DNA from: Squalus acanthias | Taxonomy: Eukaryota | Assembly (NCBI GenBank): GCA_030390025.1 | Contig: CM059427.1 | Span: forward strand, 29,140,001 to 29,204,000 | Reading direction: 5' to 3' | DNA: 64,000 bases | Part shown: piece by piece, positions 36,701-51,700 of the stretch | How positions within the stretch are numbered: position 1 is the first letter of the stretch | Layout of the letters: each line of letters opens with the position of its first letter | Program-made: the position numbers and the translations under genes | The notes under the pieces: generated by a model | Database searches by the model: none | Seen by the model: only the letters and a program-made list of their open reading frames with translations | Told to the model about the DNA's origin: nothing

Positions 36701-39700
36701 TAATCAAGGATAGTCAGCACGAATTTGTTAAGGGAAGGTCGTGTCTGACAAACTTGATTGAATTTTTTGAGGAGGTAACGAGGGTAGATGAGGGTAGTGC
36801 GTTTGATGTAGTGTATATGGACTTTAGCAAGGCTTTTGATAAGGTTCCACATGGCAGACTGGTCACGAAGTTAAAAGCCCATGGGATCCAGGGCAAAGTG
36901 TCAAGTTGGATTCAAAACTGGCTCGGAGGCAGGAAGCAGAGGGTAATGGTTTATGGGTGTTTTTGTGACTGGAAGGCTGTTTCCAGTGGGGTTCCGCAGG
37001 GTTCAGTACTAGGTCCCTTGCTTTTTGTGGTATATATCAACGATCTTGACTTGAATATAGGGGGTATGATTAAGAAGTTTTCAGATGATACTAAAATCGG
37101 CTGTGTGGTTGATACTGAAGAAGGAAGCTGTAGACTGCAGGAAGACATTAATAAATTGGTCAGGTGGGCAGAACAGTGGCAAATGGAATTCAATCCGGAG
37201 AAGTGTGAGGTAATGCATTTGGGGAGGGCTAACAAGGAAAGGGAATACACATTAAATGGTAGGACACTGAGTAGTGTAGAGGAACAAAGGGACCTTGGAG
37301 TGCATGTCCACAGATCCCTGAAGGTAGCAGGCCAAGTAGATAAGGTGGTTAAGAAGGCCTTTATTAGCCTTGGCATAGAATACAAGAGCAGGGGGGTTAT
37401 GCTTCAACTGTATAAAACACTAGTTAGGCCTCAGCTGGAGTACTGCGTGCAGTTCTGGTCACCACATTACAGGAAAGATGTGATTGCACTAGAGAGGGTA
37501 CAGAGGAGATTTACAAGGATGTTGCCAGGAGTAGAGAATCTTAGCTATGAGGAAAGACTGGATAGGCTGGGTTTGTTTTCCTTGGAACAGAGGAGGCTGA
37601 GGGGAGACCTTATTGAGTTGTATAAAATTATATGGGGCATAGATAAAGTTGATAGAAAGGACCTATTTCCCTTAGCAGAGGGGTCAAAAACCAGGGAGCA
37701 TAGATTTAAAGTAATTGGTGGAAGGTTTAGAGGGGATTTGAGGGGAAATTTCTTCACCCAGAGGGTTGTGGGGGTCTGGAACTCACTGCCTGAAAGGGTG
37801 GTAGAGGCAGGAACCCTGACCACATTTAAAAAGTACTTGGATGTGTACTTGGGATGCTGTAACCTGCAGGGCTACGGACCAAGAGCTGGGAAGTGGGATA
37901 AGGCTGGATAGCTCTTTGTTGGTCGGCGCGGACACGATAGGCCGAAATGGCCTCCTTCCGTGCTGTAACTTTCTATGATTCAAGAGAGCTAAGGCAGGTT
38001 GAGCAAACATAAACGAAAACTCATCTTCTGGATTGGACTTTGGAATAAGAAGTGTTTTCCAAGGAGAAAAATTAGAAGGGGGAAGAGCCAAAGAGGTGAA
38101 ACTTGGGTTTTAATGAGAAAACAGTAGATTAGGACAGGGAGACTGAAGATGGAAATTGACACATTTGAGGAGATGTGATGAATTTTGCATAATTGCAGGC
38201 TAAAGCCATTAGAATGCCAGATGTTCCTTTGGTTTAATGTCTTATTAGTGCACTTGCTGGTCAACCCAGATTATGTGCTCAAATCCTGAAGTGGAGCTTG
38301 AACCCACAACCTTCTGACTCAAGAGGCAAGTCTGCTACCAATTCAGCCAAGTTAGCATAGTACATTGATGGGTGGTTCCTTTCACCTCTAACCTTTAACT
38401 TCTTTCAGTATTTTATTGACACTACTATGATTAGTACTCCACTGAATGTTCCTCTCTTGTTCTTTCCAAGTTCCAAATATATAATTCTATATTCTCTTTC
38501 TCCCTACTTTTTCCACTGTATTGAAATCAAGATTCACTGCACTGTTTCTTACTCAAAAATGCTTTCCCACCCTCTCAGTGATTCTATCCTGCAATCTTTA
38601 GAATTTTAACATTCAAGCTTGGCATACTTAGTCACAAAGTTCTGATTTGCCAGGCCTTCCCTTTTATTCTTTTCAATCTTGATGGTATCCTGCACTGAGA
38701 GACTTGGTCCTTCACCTTAGTTTCTCAATAATAATGTTTAAAAATCCCAATGCACTAGAAAGCATACAGAATAAATTGGAGCCTGAGCAAAATGTTTCAA
38801 AGTGATGTTCCCATTAACAGAGAGACTACTAACCTGTGATTTTCATTACGATTTAGGAAGTTATTTACAGAGCATGTTTATGTTCTCTTGTGTATCGTTT
38901 TGACTTAAGTGGTTTATAGTTTGTATTCATTGAATAAAAGCTACAAGAAATCTGTAGTCAATAATGTGCACAACTGTATTATAAAATCCATGTCAGCTGG
39001 TACTATGGTTTTTAAAAGAACATACAATAGTCTCAAAGGCAAAACATTGAAGTATTTAACATTCTAGTCTGAAATGTTCTTTAAGCATAAACTTCAAAAT
39101 TCTTGTCTTACACAGTTTACACAGAAACAATGTATTCTTGGACAAAACTGTGAATGGAACAACACAACTGGAATTGTGGGTGCAGCTTCATTCGGAATTC
39201 CATGTAATATTAACATAACAGGTATTTTTTATGCAAAATCTTGTTATTTGTATTCTCTAGAATTAGGATGCATAAGTACCTCACTATTGATATAAACTTA
39301 AAGCCCTACTTCCACAGATTGTCCACCTGTCCTATTTGAAGTTTCTTGTTTTGAAAGTGCATTGCAGATTGGAGGACACCCCTGGCATTACATCATTACT
39401 CCTAATAAGCGAAACCAGCAGGGCATCTACCATGTTTATTCTTTAAAGGATAAAGAGCTGGTAATGTATCACAATTGTTCTGAATACTTCTTGTGCACAT
39501 GATTTTGCAGTTGGGCAGTATATACAGTAATTCCTACTACAGTATTTGCCTTTAAACAACCATGGAAGCATAGAAGTTTAGAGAACAGAAGGAGTCCATC
39601 TTGTCTCTGCTGGCTCTTTACTGGAGAAATCCAAAACTAATCCTACTCCCCTCCTTTCTCCCTTTAGCTCTGTATATTCCTCTGCTTCGAATATTCATCC

Positions 39701-42700
39701 AATTTTCCCTTAAAAGATGCAATGGTCTCTGCCTCAACCATTCCCTGAGTTCCAACAACCCTCTGAGTAAATACATTTCTCCTAACCTGTTCCTCCCTCT
39801 TCGTGAAAATTTTAAATTGATGACCCCTAGTCAATGATTCCCCAACCAGAGGATATAGTCTTTCCCTATTTATTTTATCAAAACTCTACATAATTAAAAA
39901 ATCTCTACTTAATCTCCTCAGCCTTCTCTGTTCCATTGGGAAAAAGCCCCAGTATCTCAAGTCTCTGCTCATAGCTGTAGTTTCTCATTCCCAATGAATC
40001 TACATTACACACTCTCAAGGGCTTTCTAGAATGAGATGCCCAAAACTGCACACAGTTCTCTAACTATGTCTGAACCAATGTTTTGTATAAATTCATTATT
40101 TAGAAACAATAATCAAGGAAAAAATTAATGGGCACTTGGAGAGGTTTAAGCTAATTAAGGAGAGCCAACACGGATTTGTAAAAGGCAGATCGTGTTTGAC
40201 TAAACTAATTGAATTTTTTGATGAAGTAACAGGGAGGATTGATGAAAGGAATGCAATGGATGTTGTCTACATGGATTTTCGGAAGGCGTTTGACAAAGTA
40301 CCACATAGAAGGCTGATTAACAAAATTGAGGCTCATGGAATAGGTGGGTCAGTGGCAGCTTGGATAAGGAATTGGCTTAAGGACAGAAAACAGCGAGTTG
40401 TGGTAAATGGCTGTTTTTCAGACTGGAGGATGGTAGACAGTGGTGTTCCCCAAGGGTCAGTGCTGGGGCCACTGCTTTTTTTGATGTATATAAATGGCCT
40501 GGATATTGGAATACAGAGTAGAATTTCTAAATTTGCCGATGACACCAAACTTGGGGGGGTGGCAGTGAGGATGATACCAATCGACTGCACCAGGACATAG
40601 AAAGGCTAGCAGAATAGGCAGACAAGTGGCAGATGGAATTTAATACAGAGAAGTGTGAGGTGATGCATTTTGGCAGAAGGAACAGGGAGAGGCAATATGC
40701 ACTTAAAGGCACAGTTCTATAGAGTATGCAGGGACAGAGGGACCTGGGAGTTAATGTGCATAGGTCCCCGAAAGTGGCGGGACATATTGAGAGAGTGGTT
40801 AGCAAAACATATGGGATCTTGGGCTTCATAAATAGAGGTATTGAGTACAAAAGTAGAGAAGTTATGCTGAACCTTTATAAAGCACTGGTTAGGCCACAAC
40901 TGGAGTATTGTGTCCAGTTCTGGTCACCACACTTTAGGAAGGATGTGAAGGCACTTGAGAGGGTGCAGAGGAGATTTACCAGAATAGTTCCGGGGATGGG
41001 GGATCTTAGCTACAAGGACAGGTTGGAGAAGCTGGGTTTGTTTTCATTCGAGCAAAGGAGGTTGAGGGGTGATTTGATAGAGGTGTACAAGATTATGATG
41101 GGTTTGGATAGGCTTGCCGGGGAAAGGCTGTTCCCACTAGTTGATGGTACAAGGACTAGGGGACACAGATTTAAGGTTTTGGGCAAGCGATACAGAGGGG
41201 ATGTGAGGAAAAACTTTTTTATGCAGCGAGTGGTGAGGTGCTCACTGCCGACGGAAGTGGTGGAAGCGGAGACACTCAATGTTTTCAAGTGGAGACTGGA
41301 TAGGCACTTGTGGGAAATAAACTTGCAGGGCTACGGGGATAGAGCGGGGGAATGGGACTGACTGGATTGCTCTACAGAGAGATGGCACGGACTTGATGGG
41401 CCAAATGGCCTCCTTCTGTGCCGTTATGACTCTATGACTTCTTTACTGTTATACTGAATGCTCCTGTTTCTAAAACCTAAAATTCGACTTAGTTTTTTTT
41501 AATGGCTTTATCTACCTGCACTCGCACTTTCAGGGAATTATATATTTGAACCCCCAAGTCTCTCTGTTCATCCACACTGTTCAGTGTCTTTCCATTAAGT
41601 GTATACGCCCATTCCTTGGTTTTCTTCCTAAAATATATTGCACCACACTATCACATTAGATTGCATCTGCCACTTGTCTGCCCATTTTGCTAACCTCTGA
41701 ATTCTTGAAGTCTTTTACATTCCTCTTCATTGTTTACCGAACCTCCTACTTTTGTGTTGTCAGCAAATTTTGAGATTGTGTTCCCTATACCCAGGTCCAA
41801 ATCATCTATATATACCAAGAATAAAAGTGGACCCAGAACTAACCCTGAGGTACACCACTTCCAACCTTCTCCAGTCCAAGCAAAATCCATTTACTCTAAC
41901 TCTTTACTTCCTGTCTGGCAATCAACTTTCTATCCATGCTGCTAAATTTACTCGTATGCCTGAATTTTATTTTAACAAGCATCTTGTGAAATGCCTTATT
42001 GAATGCCTTCTGAACCTCCATATACACTACATCTACTACATTCCCTTTATCTATCCAATCAGTCATTTCTTCAAGGTAAGCTACAGGGAATGTCATGTGT
42101 TCCACAATTCTTAGTGTGAAAAACCCACAGATTGTCAAACTTCCAAGCTCTATGGAGTAAAATTCTGGAAAAAATTATTATAATTCTTTATCATATTGTT
42201 GTATTCTATATTCTACTAGGTGGTGACAAAAGCTTTACCTTTGACTAAAAGGAAGTCTCCAATAATGTTACTTTTAATTGTTTCGATTCTATCGATTAAA
42301 TCAAGGAACCTCATCTGCCTTCTCCAAATGTGGCTGAGGTCTACATACTGGGCTTTCAGGAGAATAAATGATAATTATACTCAGTTCCCTTCACCTAATT
42401 GTACTGCTAACTTGTGGGGGTGGTAACATACTATGTCTGTGTGCCTGCTAGTTCAGTACAGCTAGCATTTCAGCAGTAATGTGAATGGGGAACCAGAGTT
42501 GTACAGACCATTTACGTTGTTGTTAGATTTTCCCTTAAACCTATTTTTAATCTAAGAGAAAACTGCAGACAAAAATGCTTAATTTTTATCACAATGATTG
42601 CAGTAATACTAATTACAATGCCATAATTTTCATTGGTATTCTGACTGGCTCTACATTGCTATAAACTGTCAAATGCACTTCTCTCCAATTAGGCAGAGAA

Positions 42701-45700
42701 TGGAATTCAAGAGATGCAATGTTGTTCATTGGAAAATGATTGGATATATTTCCATCCAGATGATTCCGGAAGGATCATACATGTCGGACCGACACAAATT
42801 AAGTAAGTTTATACAATTACATTCATCCTTCATTAGCAAGTGGACTGACTATTAATTTTAAGAGAAGGTTTCCTCATAAATACCACCTGTTTTCAAGCAG
42901 AAGGGGGTGGAAAATGGGACAGGGAGACCTCCTACTGAATAATAAGGAATATCTGAATAATCAGCCTCCCAGAAGAAAGGGAAAACCAATACAAGTATTG
43001 AACAATAGCTTACCTAAGTTGCTACTATTCTCCACTGGCCAGGAGATTGAAAAAGTACATTGCTCAGAAAGTCCAAAGCCAAACTCAACTAGCAATCCTA
43101 GAATAACTGAGATGTGAGACTGGATGTCATAAGATAGATGGGGGAGAATCAAGCCTCCAGTCAAATTTCCAGATTTCTCAAGCGAGATATCCAAAGATGA
43201 AAAATGTAAGAAACTGAAACCAAATTATAAGCAGGCCTATGCACTATTATACCCAGCCAGTCAAAATTAACTAGGAAGAAGAGCCACATTTTTTGGCTCT
43301 AGTTTCACCAGAAGAAAATAACAGGAAAAGGTACCAGCAGCAGCAGCAGCAGGAACAAAGAGCTATAAAATTCAAAGCCCAAACTGAAGAAAAAGTAAGA
43401 CTGAAGGTGTTATATGTCATCGATTTTTATTTTAGGTACTTTACCCTAATCCACAATCAAAATGATTGCCAGTGTGTTAATCTCGGTAACTTGGTGTGAT
43501 TGTTTAAATGTTTTCTTCATTTCAGTAAAATGAAATTGAAGAATTTAAAATATCAATTGTTAGTTGCTATATCTCTCATTGTGCAAAATATTTCCTTTAT
43601 AATTTATAGCCAATAGATGGACATATATTATCAATTGTTCTAACGTTGTGCTTGTCAGTGTGTTGCAGCTGACTGAAAAATCTGAAGATATACAGAGATG
43701 GCAGGTTTTACGAGCCTTTACCATTTGTTCTGAGAGAGAAAGAAAGGTAACTAGCACAGACATGGTAATTGTTAAAAAAAAATTCCACCATTAATCACAT
43801 TGGTCCATTTCAAGATTGGGAAGGACTGATGGGTTCCGATGGAAGTTCATAGAGATACAGACCTCCTTCCAAGTAGCTAGTGCCGCCATTATCATCAGGT
43901 GTTCTGGGCCTCAGCGAGTCTGTTCTTGGGGACTACGTAGGGGATTTGCTGGGATTCCTTGGACTCCATGCCCAGCCAAGGGACAGGCATTGAGGAAATA
44001 TGTTGATTTTTATTGTGCTTGCCTTTCCTAGGAGTAATACGGGCAGGTTGTTGCATCACTTTGTCTGCTGGCCAGGGTGGGAGAAGTTTATTTTTGTACA
44101 GGCATGTGAGTTTGTGCATTACTATTACCCCCAGATATTTGAAACCAGATGCTCTTGTCTGGTCCTTCTTTGGAAAAGAAATTCTGGGGCACTTAGGCTT
44201 TTGCACACCTGTTAGGAATGTTCTGGACAAGCAACATTCCCTCTGTTTTGGGGAAGTTAAGCTTTTATCCAGAGAGTCAGGCAAACTCCTTAATCTTTTG
44301 GAAGATGTAGGGGAGTGAAGGGGCAAGGTTAGTTACATAAAGTAGGACATCTTCAGTGATACTTTGTGTTCAGTTCCTCCAGCGGCTACCCTATGGATGA
44401 CTAAGCTGCCTCTGATGGTTGCCGCCTGGGGTTTCATAACCAAATCAAAGAGAAGGGGGGATGGGGGAACCCTTGTCTGGTTATCCTTTGCAAGGAGAAT
44501 GCTTGGGTGTTGACAATCTCAAAATCTGATATCTGGGCATTCTGCTAGCACATATTAATCCTTGGTTGAGTAATGAAATATATGAAAGTTGTTCACTGAA
44601 CATAATTGTATTTAAATCCTGTCCTGTTAAGCAACCAAGATATCCAGTTGAGAGCCATTCATGATTGTGGCTGCATGCGAAGTTTCAGCATTGTTGTATT
44701 TTATTCTGTTAAGCTAAATTAATTTCATGCAACTCTTCTTATGTAAATGTATATACTATTATATTAATCACACAATTCTTAGTAGCGCGTTGTGACTCTT
44801 CAAGTCATACACAAGCAAAACTTGCTTATGGCAAAGCTGATCCAAGATATGCTGAAATATATTGAACCAACATTTTGCCACTCTGGATAAGTGACTAAAT
44901 GCGCAAATTAGTTTGAAAAGACCTGTTTGAAGCAGTGACATTGGGGGGAAAAATTGAGTCGCGCCCTCTTTGGGGCGCTAACTTCGCGGGGGCGTGACTT
45001 TTAGCGCCCCGGGAAAATTAGCGCCCCCGCGGCCGAAATTCATCGGTAGCGCCCCAAGAGGGAAGCGGAGTGCTACTGGAAGCACCCAGCCTCCCTCTTG
45101 GGGCGTTGCGAGTGAATATCGCACGCAACGTGCCGCAGTACTGCAGACCTTCCTCTCCTTCTTAAAGGGGAGGGGCCTTGCGCAGCGCGACCCGGTTCCC
45201 AGCTGGGCCACCAGGGATCGGAGTGCCGGGCTCACGGAGCGCAGCCGGCATTCCGCAGGGTGGCTGGTCAGGAGGCCGGGGACAGCAACGGGGGCAGGTG
45301 CTGGCAGGCGGCCAGCAACAAAAATGGCTGCCCGGCACATCGCCTTTAATTAGCGCCGCCCCGGCCACAGGTAGGCCCCCCTGACCCCGTCGGACATAGC
45401 GTCCGGTGGTAAGTCAGGGGGCGCTACCGAAGATCGCGGATGGGGCACGAGCAGGGCGCTGCGCATGGTGATGACTTCATCACCGGCGGCGCCGCGGGGC
45501 GCTAACAGTTACCGCTACCCTCCTGTTGAACGGGAGGTGCAAAGCAGCCAAATTTTTAGGCCATTATCTTTTCATTGAAGAGGAGTAACAGTTAACAATC
45601 TTTATTGGAACAGGTCTAGTTAGATATTAAACAAGCTGCTTCAGTGGCAATCTGTAGTTTGCTCAATAAGCTGATTGATGTCATAATAAACCATTTGTTG

Positions 45701-48700
45701 TGGTAAGCTGTGCTCTGTAACAGATTCATTTACCACTAGATAATCTGCCTTTTCTGATTCAAAATTCCCAAAGATTCTCCCTGTTTTAATGAACATTCAC
45801 ATTTATCTGCCCTGTTAATTGTCCATATATCTACTGCCAGGTAAAATTTTAGCATAAAATGTCAGACTCATTGAATGAAGGCTTGGCTGTGCTCTCCAAG
45901 TCCCATAATACCCATTTTTAAACTCTAGTACCTTTAATTTCCACAGGGACTCTCCCAATCATCTGCCGTAATTTTGGCGGGGATCCATAGAAACCTGGAT
46001 AAACAGTGTAAACATCAATTACGATGTTGCCCCAGGGTTTCCATGGATCTTCCACCGAACTTATGGTGGCCAATCGGAAGAACCCCTGCGGAAGTTCTAC
46101 CCCTATATGTGTGAGGAATTTTATGGACAAATGTGAAATTACTGTGACAGAAAAGAGAGAATCACATTTATAAAGCACTTTTCATAAACTCTGGACTTCC
46201 CAAAGCGTTTTATGGCCAACAAAATATTTTTGAGGCATAGTTACTATTGTAATGTAGGGAAACACAGCACCCAATTTGCACACAGCACAAACAGCAATGT
46301 GATAATATTCAGGTGATCTGTTTTTGGTGGTGGTAGTTGAGGGATAAATATTCCCAGACTCCCCTGCTCTTCTTCGAACAGTGCCATGGCATCTGAGAGG
46401 GCAGATGGGGCCTTGATTTAATGGCCTAGAATTTGCAGTCAGTGGCGAAGCAACGGTGATTACATTATTAATTTGATGTTAATTTGATTGTAGCGCTGTC
46501 TATAGCGGATCTCCAGCGTCCAGCAGCAGTGATGTCATCAAGCTGGCTAAGTAGCCAATCACATTGAAGAATTCTCACAGGCAGCAAACCAGGAAATAAA
46601 AAACAGCTTTTATTATTCACTTTTAAAATTTTTACAGAGAGCAAAATAAAGATTGGAACGTACACATGGGGTTAAGGTAGAAGCTGAAATATCATAAACA
46701 AACTTAAATTTTTTTTATTATTATTTTAAAAATCTAGTAATTTTTATCATAATGGAGAAATTTGACATCCTGCAAATATAAAATTAGTTTTTCAGGCAAC
46801 AACGGTTGTTCAGCAATAGTTATTACTCAGAACGCCATTAAAAACCATTACACCTCATTGAACAAGGCTTAACATTTTATGGGGTTTTTAACAGATATTA
46901 GAGTGGAAAAGGGGACATTTTCATCAGTTCAAGTGATTTCAGTGATTGCCGGCTATGGGGAGTTCCACAGCACATCCTGTGGTGGAGCAGGGAATGACTG
47001 ACCGCAACTTCAGGATTTCTGCGTTTATCTGCGCATGCGCTAAATCCTGAAGTTACGGTCAGTTTCTGAGGGGTAATGACGGCGATCGCCGACAGTTTTG
47101 GGGTGCTTCCAGTAGCGACCCACTTCCCTCTTGGGGCGCTGCCACTCAATTTCGGCTGCGGGGGCGCGAAAAGTAGCGCCCCGGTGAAGTTAGCGCCCCA
47201 AAGGGGGCGGGACTCAATTTCTCCCCCCATGAGTTTGCATTCCCTCCCATTGTGGGGAGCTCAGCCCTCCCCACAACAAACACACACCTTTGGGACATAT
47301 CCCAATCAGAATAATTCAGCATTTGCCTGGAAGTGGTGAAATACATGGAGGCTGAATCAACACAATTTTGTACCCACCATTCGGCACAGACACGATGGGT
47401 CGAATGGCCTCCTTCTGTGCCGTAAATTTCTATGATTATATGAATTTCTATGATCAAGGAAACTGACCAGAAAGGGAATAAAGACTAACACAGGAGGGGA
47501 ATAAGCCAACACCAACCCACCTCAAAACAAACAACGATAGCAATCTGAACCGCTACCTAATGTAAGCAGGATCTCTTTCCACAGCCAAACCCCAGGGAAC
47601 AAATTGCTCCAATTGATAAATACGTGCTGCCGCTGGTACGTGAACAGCCATGACAGTAAACCTAATGTACCATTGTACTCTCCCGCAAGCACCATGCAAT
47701 CAAAATGTACACTGATTCCAGAAAAATATTTCTATATGCATATATAAATATATGTATCTATGCTCGTAAAACTTACTGAGTAAAGAAAGCAAGGTACTCT
47801 AATATGGTGCATTAAGGATGTTTGCTCACTTGGTAAAGAACATTGAAAGTACAAGACCCAAGTGAATATTTAACAAAAAGGATACTGATATTTAGCTCTG
47901 TAAATTTTTTTCCTCCTATTCAAGGTGGAGAGCTCAGTAACGGTGACAGCCTATGGTCGAGTTGTAAAAAGACGATTTTCTCGATTAGATGATGACCAGT
48001 ATGAGGTAATTGCAGATTTAGAATAAATTAATCATTGTGACTCCTGACAATGAACCGGAAGCTGCACAGAAGCATTCTGCGCATAACTGTCAGGTCCCAA
48101 ATTTAAAAACTAACGTTCACCGCAACAGACGGAAGATCTGAGAAGTGCTGAAGCACATCACTAATAAAGTTTCATTAATGTTAGAAATTCCCAATCTACC
48201 GTCCCCACGACTGTTACAGGAATCTCCGAATACTTCTAGTCTCAGAAAAATAATTAGCAAAATATTAACAAACCCAACTACCCATAGGCAAAATAGACGG
48301 CGCTGGGGCCAAACTATCCCCCACCTGAAAACTGCCGACTCTGACCAACCACAATTTAGTGCACAAACAAGTGGCTGATACCTGAATAAATTCTACAATT
48401 CACACAATTAATAAATTAAACTACAACTGAACAAGATTTTTTTTTTAATCCACTTCTTTATTCCTCATTTTGGGAATTCCGGCGAAAACAAACAAAAAAA
48501 ACCACTGGAACTGCGCATGCGCAACCACTTCCAGTTCGTTGGCAGCAGTCGCGTCCTAACTTAATATATTGGATTTATTTTCTCCTTTGAACAGACAAGT
48601 CTTGAAGCTACTCATTAATGGTAGAGGGGAATTTAATTTATGGGACTAACTATCTGTCTCAGTAACTCGTCTGTTATTTCAATTGAATACTCCAACTCTT

Positions 48701-51700
48701 CCCTTCCCTTCCTCAACTTCTTGGTCTCCATTTCTGGGGATAGACTATCGACCAATATCCACTATAAGCCCATTGACTCCCACAGCTACCTTGACTACAT
48801 TTCCTCCCACCCTGCTCCCTGTAAGGACTCTATTCCATTCTCCCAGTTTCTCCGTCTCCGTCGCATCTGTTCTGACGATGCCACCTTTCCTACCAGTGCT
48901 TCCTATGTCTTCCTTTTTCCTCAACCAAGGATTCCTCTCCACCATGGTTGACAGGGCCCTCGACCGTGTCCATTCCATTTCCCGCACTTCTGTTCTCACC
49001 CCTTCCCCTCCCTCCCAGAACCATGATAAGGTTCACCTTGTCCTCGCCTTCCACCCCACCAGCTTCCACATTCAACAGATGATCCTCCGCCATTTCCACC
49101 ACCACCAAACACATCTTCCCCTCCCCTCCCCTTTCAGCATTCCGAAGGGACCATTCCCTCCGCGACACCCTGGTTTGCTCCTTAATCACCCCCAACAACC
49201 CTTCCCCTTCGCCCGACTCCTTCCCGTGCAAGCGCAGGAGATGCAACACCTGACCTTTTACCTCCTCTCGTACTGTCCAGGGCCCCAAACACTCCTTCCA
49301 GGTGAAACAGTGATTTACTTGTACTTCTTGCAATTTAGTATACTGTATTCGCTGCTCATGATGCAGTCTCCACTACATTGGGGAGACCAAATGCAGATTG
49401 TGTGACCGTTTTGCTGAACACTTCCTTCAGTCTGCAAGCGTGACCCCGAGCTTCCGGCCGCCTGTCACTTTAATTCTCTGTCCCATTCCCGCTCTGACCT
49501 CTCTGTCCTCAGCCTCCTACACTGTTCCATTGAAGCTCAACATAAGCTTGAGGAACAGCACCTCGTCTTTCGATTAGGCACTTTACAACCTTCCAGACTC
49601 GGCATGGAGTTCAACAATTTCAGATCATATCATCTGCCCCCATTTTTTTTGGACGGCAGCTGTTGGTGATTATTCCCATTTACACCTCCTCTAGACTCAT
49701 CTTTTGTTTCTTTACTTGTCCCATTATCATCTCCTTTTGCCTTGCACCATCAACCCTTTTCTGCCTTCCACCCTATCACAGACCATCCTTTTGTTCTTTC
49801 CTCCTCTCCCCCCTTTCCCTGCCTCTGTAATTGCTTAAAACCTGTTACCTCTCTAACATTTTCCAGTTCTCTGAAAGGTCATCGACCTGAAAGGTTAACT
49901 CTGTTTCTCTCTCCACAGATGCTGCCTGACCTGCTGAGTATTTTCTGTTTTTATTTCAAATTTTCAGCATCCGCAGTATTTTGCTTTTGAAAAGTCTTAA
50001 CACCTTTTAATAAGCCAACTCAAAGGCCAACCCATGTAAACAGTTACTTAGTTGTTTTATCTGGGTGAGCAGCACTATGGGAGAGGAGACCTCTCCAAAT
50101 CACAAATTGCATAGTATCTGAAGTTATAATGAGGCTCATGGTGGATGACAATGTGGTCAGAGAAAACTGTTTTTACTTTATCTTCCAAAATCGAAAGTGC
50201 TGCGAACTGGGCAGGCAGACTTCTGCATGTGATTAATAAACTTGAACTCCTGACTACCCTAAGTATGCAATTTAACTTTATTTATTTCTAAATCTCATCT
50301 TAATTTTCATTCTTTACCTAATATTAAATGTATGTCATAAGTGAATTCTGAAGAGCCATGGGTGGACATTTTATATCCCCATTAATAACGCTGATTGTAA
50401 CTTAATGACTTGGCACAGATGAGTTATCTGTTCAGCCTGATCAATGTACATAAATCCTATACCATGGTTCTTCATGTTATGTCCTTCAGTGTATTTGATT
50501 TTAAAACTCAATTTATGTTATTGGTTAGATGTTAAGTGACAACTACGTGTGCGGGAAGTGTGTCCAGCTGCAGCTCCTGACAGCCCGCATGGCGGTGCTG
50601 GAGCTGCGGGTGGACTCACTCTGGAGCATGCACGATGCCGAGAACTCGGTGAATCGCTCATTTAGTGAGTTGTCCACACCGCAGGTAAAGGCTAGGACAG
50701 ACAGTGAATGGGTGACCAAGAAGCAGGGCAATATCAGGAAGGTAGTGCAGGAGTCCCCTGTGGTCATCTCCCTCCAAAACAGGTATGCCGCTTTGGATAC
50801 TGTTGGGGGAGATGGCCTACCAGGGGAAGGCACTAGCAGCCAGGTTCATGGCACCATGGCTGGCTCTGCTGCACAGCAGGGCGGGAAAAAGAGTGGTAGG
50901 GCTATAGTAATAGGGGACTCAATTGTAAGGGGAATAGACAGGAGTTTCTGTGGCCGCAACCGAGATTCCAGGATGGTATGTTGCCTCCCTGGTGCAAGGG
51001 TCAAGGATGTCTCGGAGCGGCTGCAGAACATTCTGAAGAGGGAGGGTGAACAGCCAGCTGTCGTGGTGCATGTAGGTACCAACGATATAGGTAAAAAGCG
51101 GGAAGAGGTCCTACAAGCAGAATTTAGGGAGCTAGGAGCTAAATTAAAAAGTAGGACCTCTAAGGTAGTAATCTCTGGATTGCTACCAGGGCCACGTGCT
51201 AATCAGAATAGAGAGAACAGGATAGTGAGATTGAATACGTGGCTTGAGCAGTGGTGCAGGAGGGAGGGATTCAAATTCCTGAGGCATTGGAACCAGTTCT
51301 GGGGGAAGTGGGACCTGTACAAAAGGGACGGTCTGCACTTGGGCAGGACTGGAACCGATGTCCTCGGGGTAAAATTTGCTAAAGCAGTTCGGGAGGATTT
51401 AAACTAATATGGCAGAAGAATGGGAACCTATGTAGCGAAACAGGGGGAAGTAATATGCAGTCAGAAACAAATGTTAGAAGGGTGAGAAACAATAGGGGAA
51501 GGCCGAGTAAACAAAGGCAAGAAACACAAAGGGCCATACTAAATCATAAGTCTAAAAGGACAAAGGATGTTAATAAAACAAGCCTAAAGGCTCTGTGTCT
51601 TAATGCAAGGAGTATCCGTAATAAGGTGGATGAATTGACTGTGCAAATAGATGTTAACGGATACGATGTGATTGGGATTACAGAGACGTGGCTCCAGAAC

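Noticed and set aside
43335-43352. (CAG)n poly-Gln coding segment
   Set aside because: Only about five repeats, intronic, and not needed for the DCAF17 frame.
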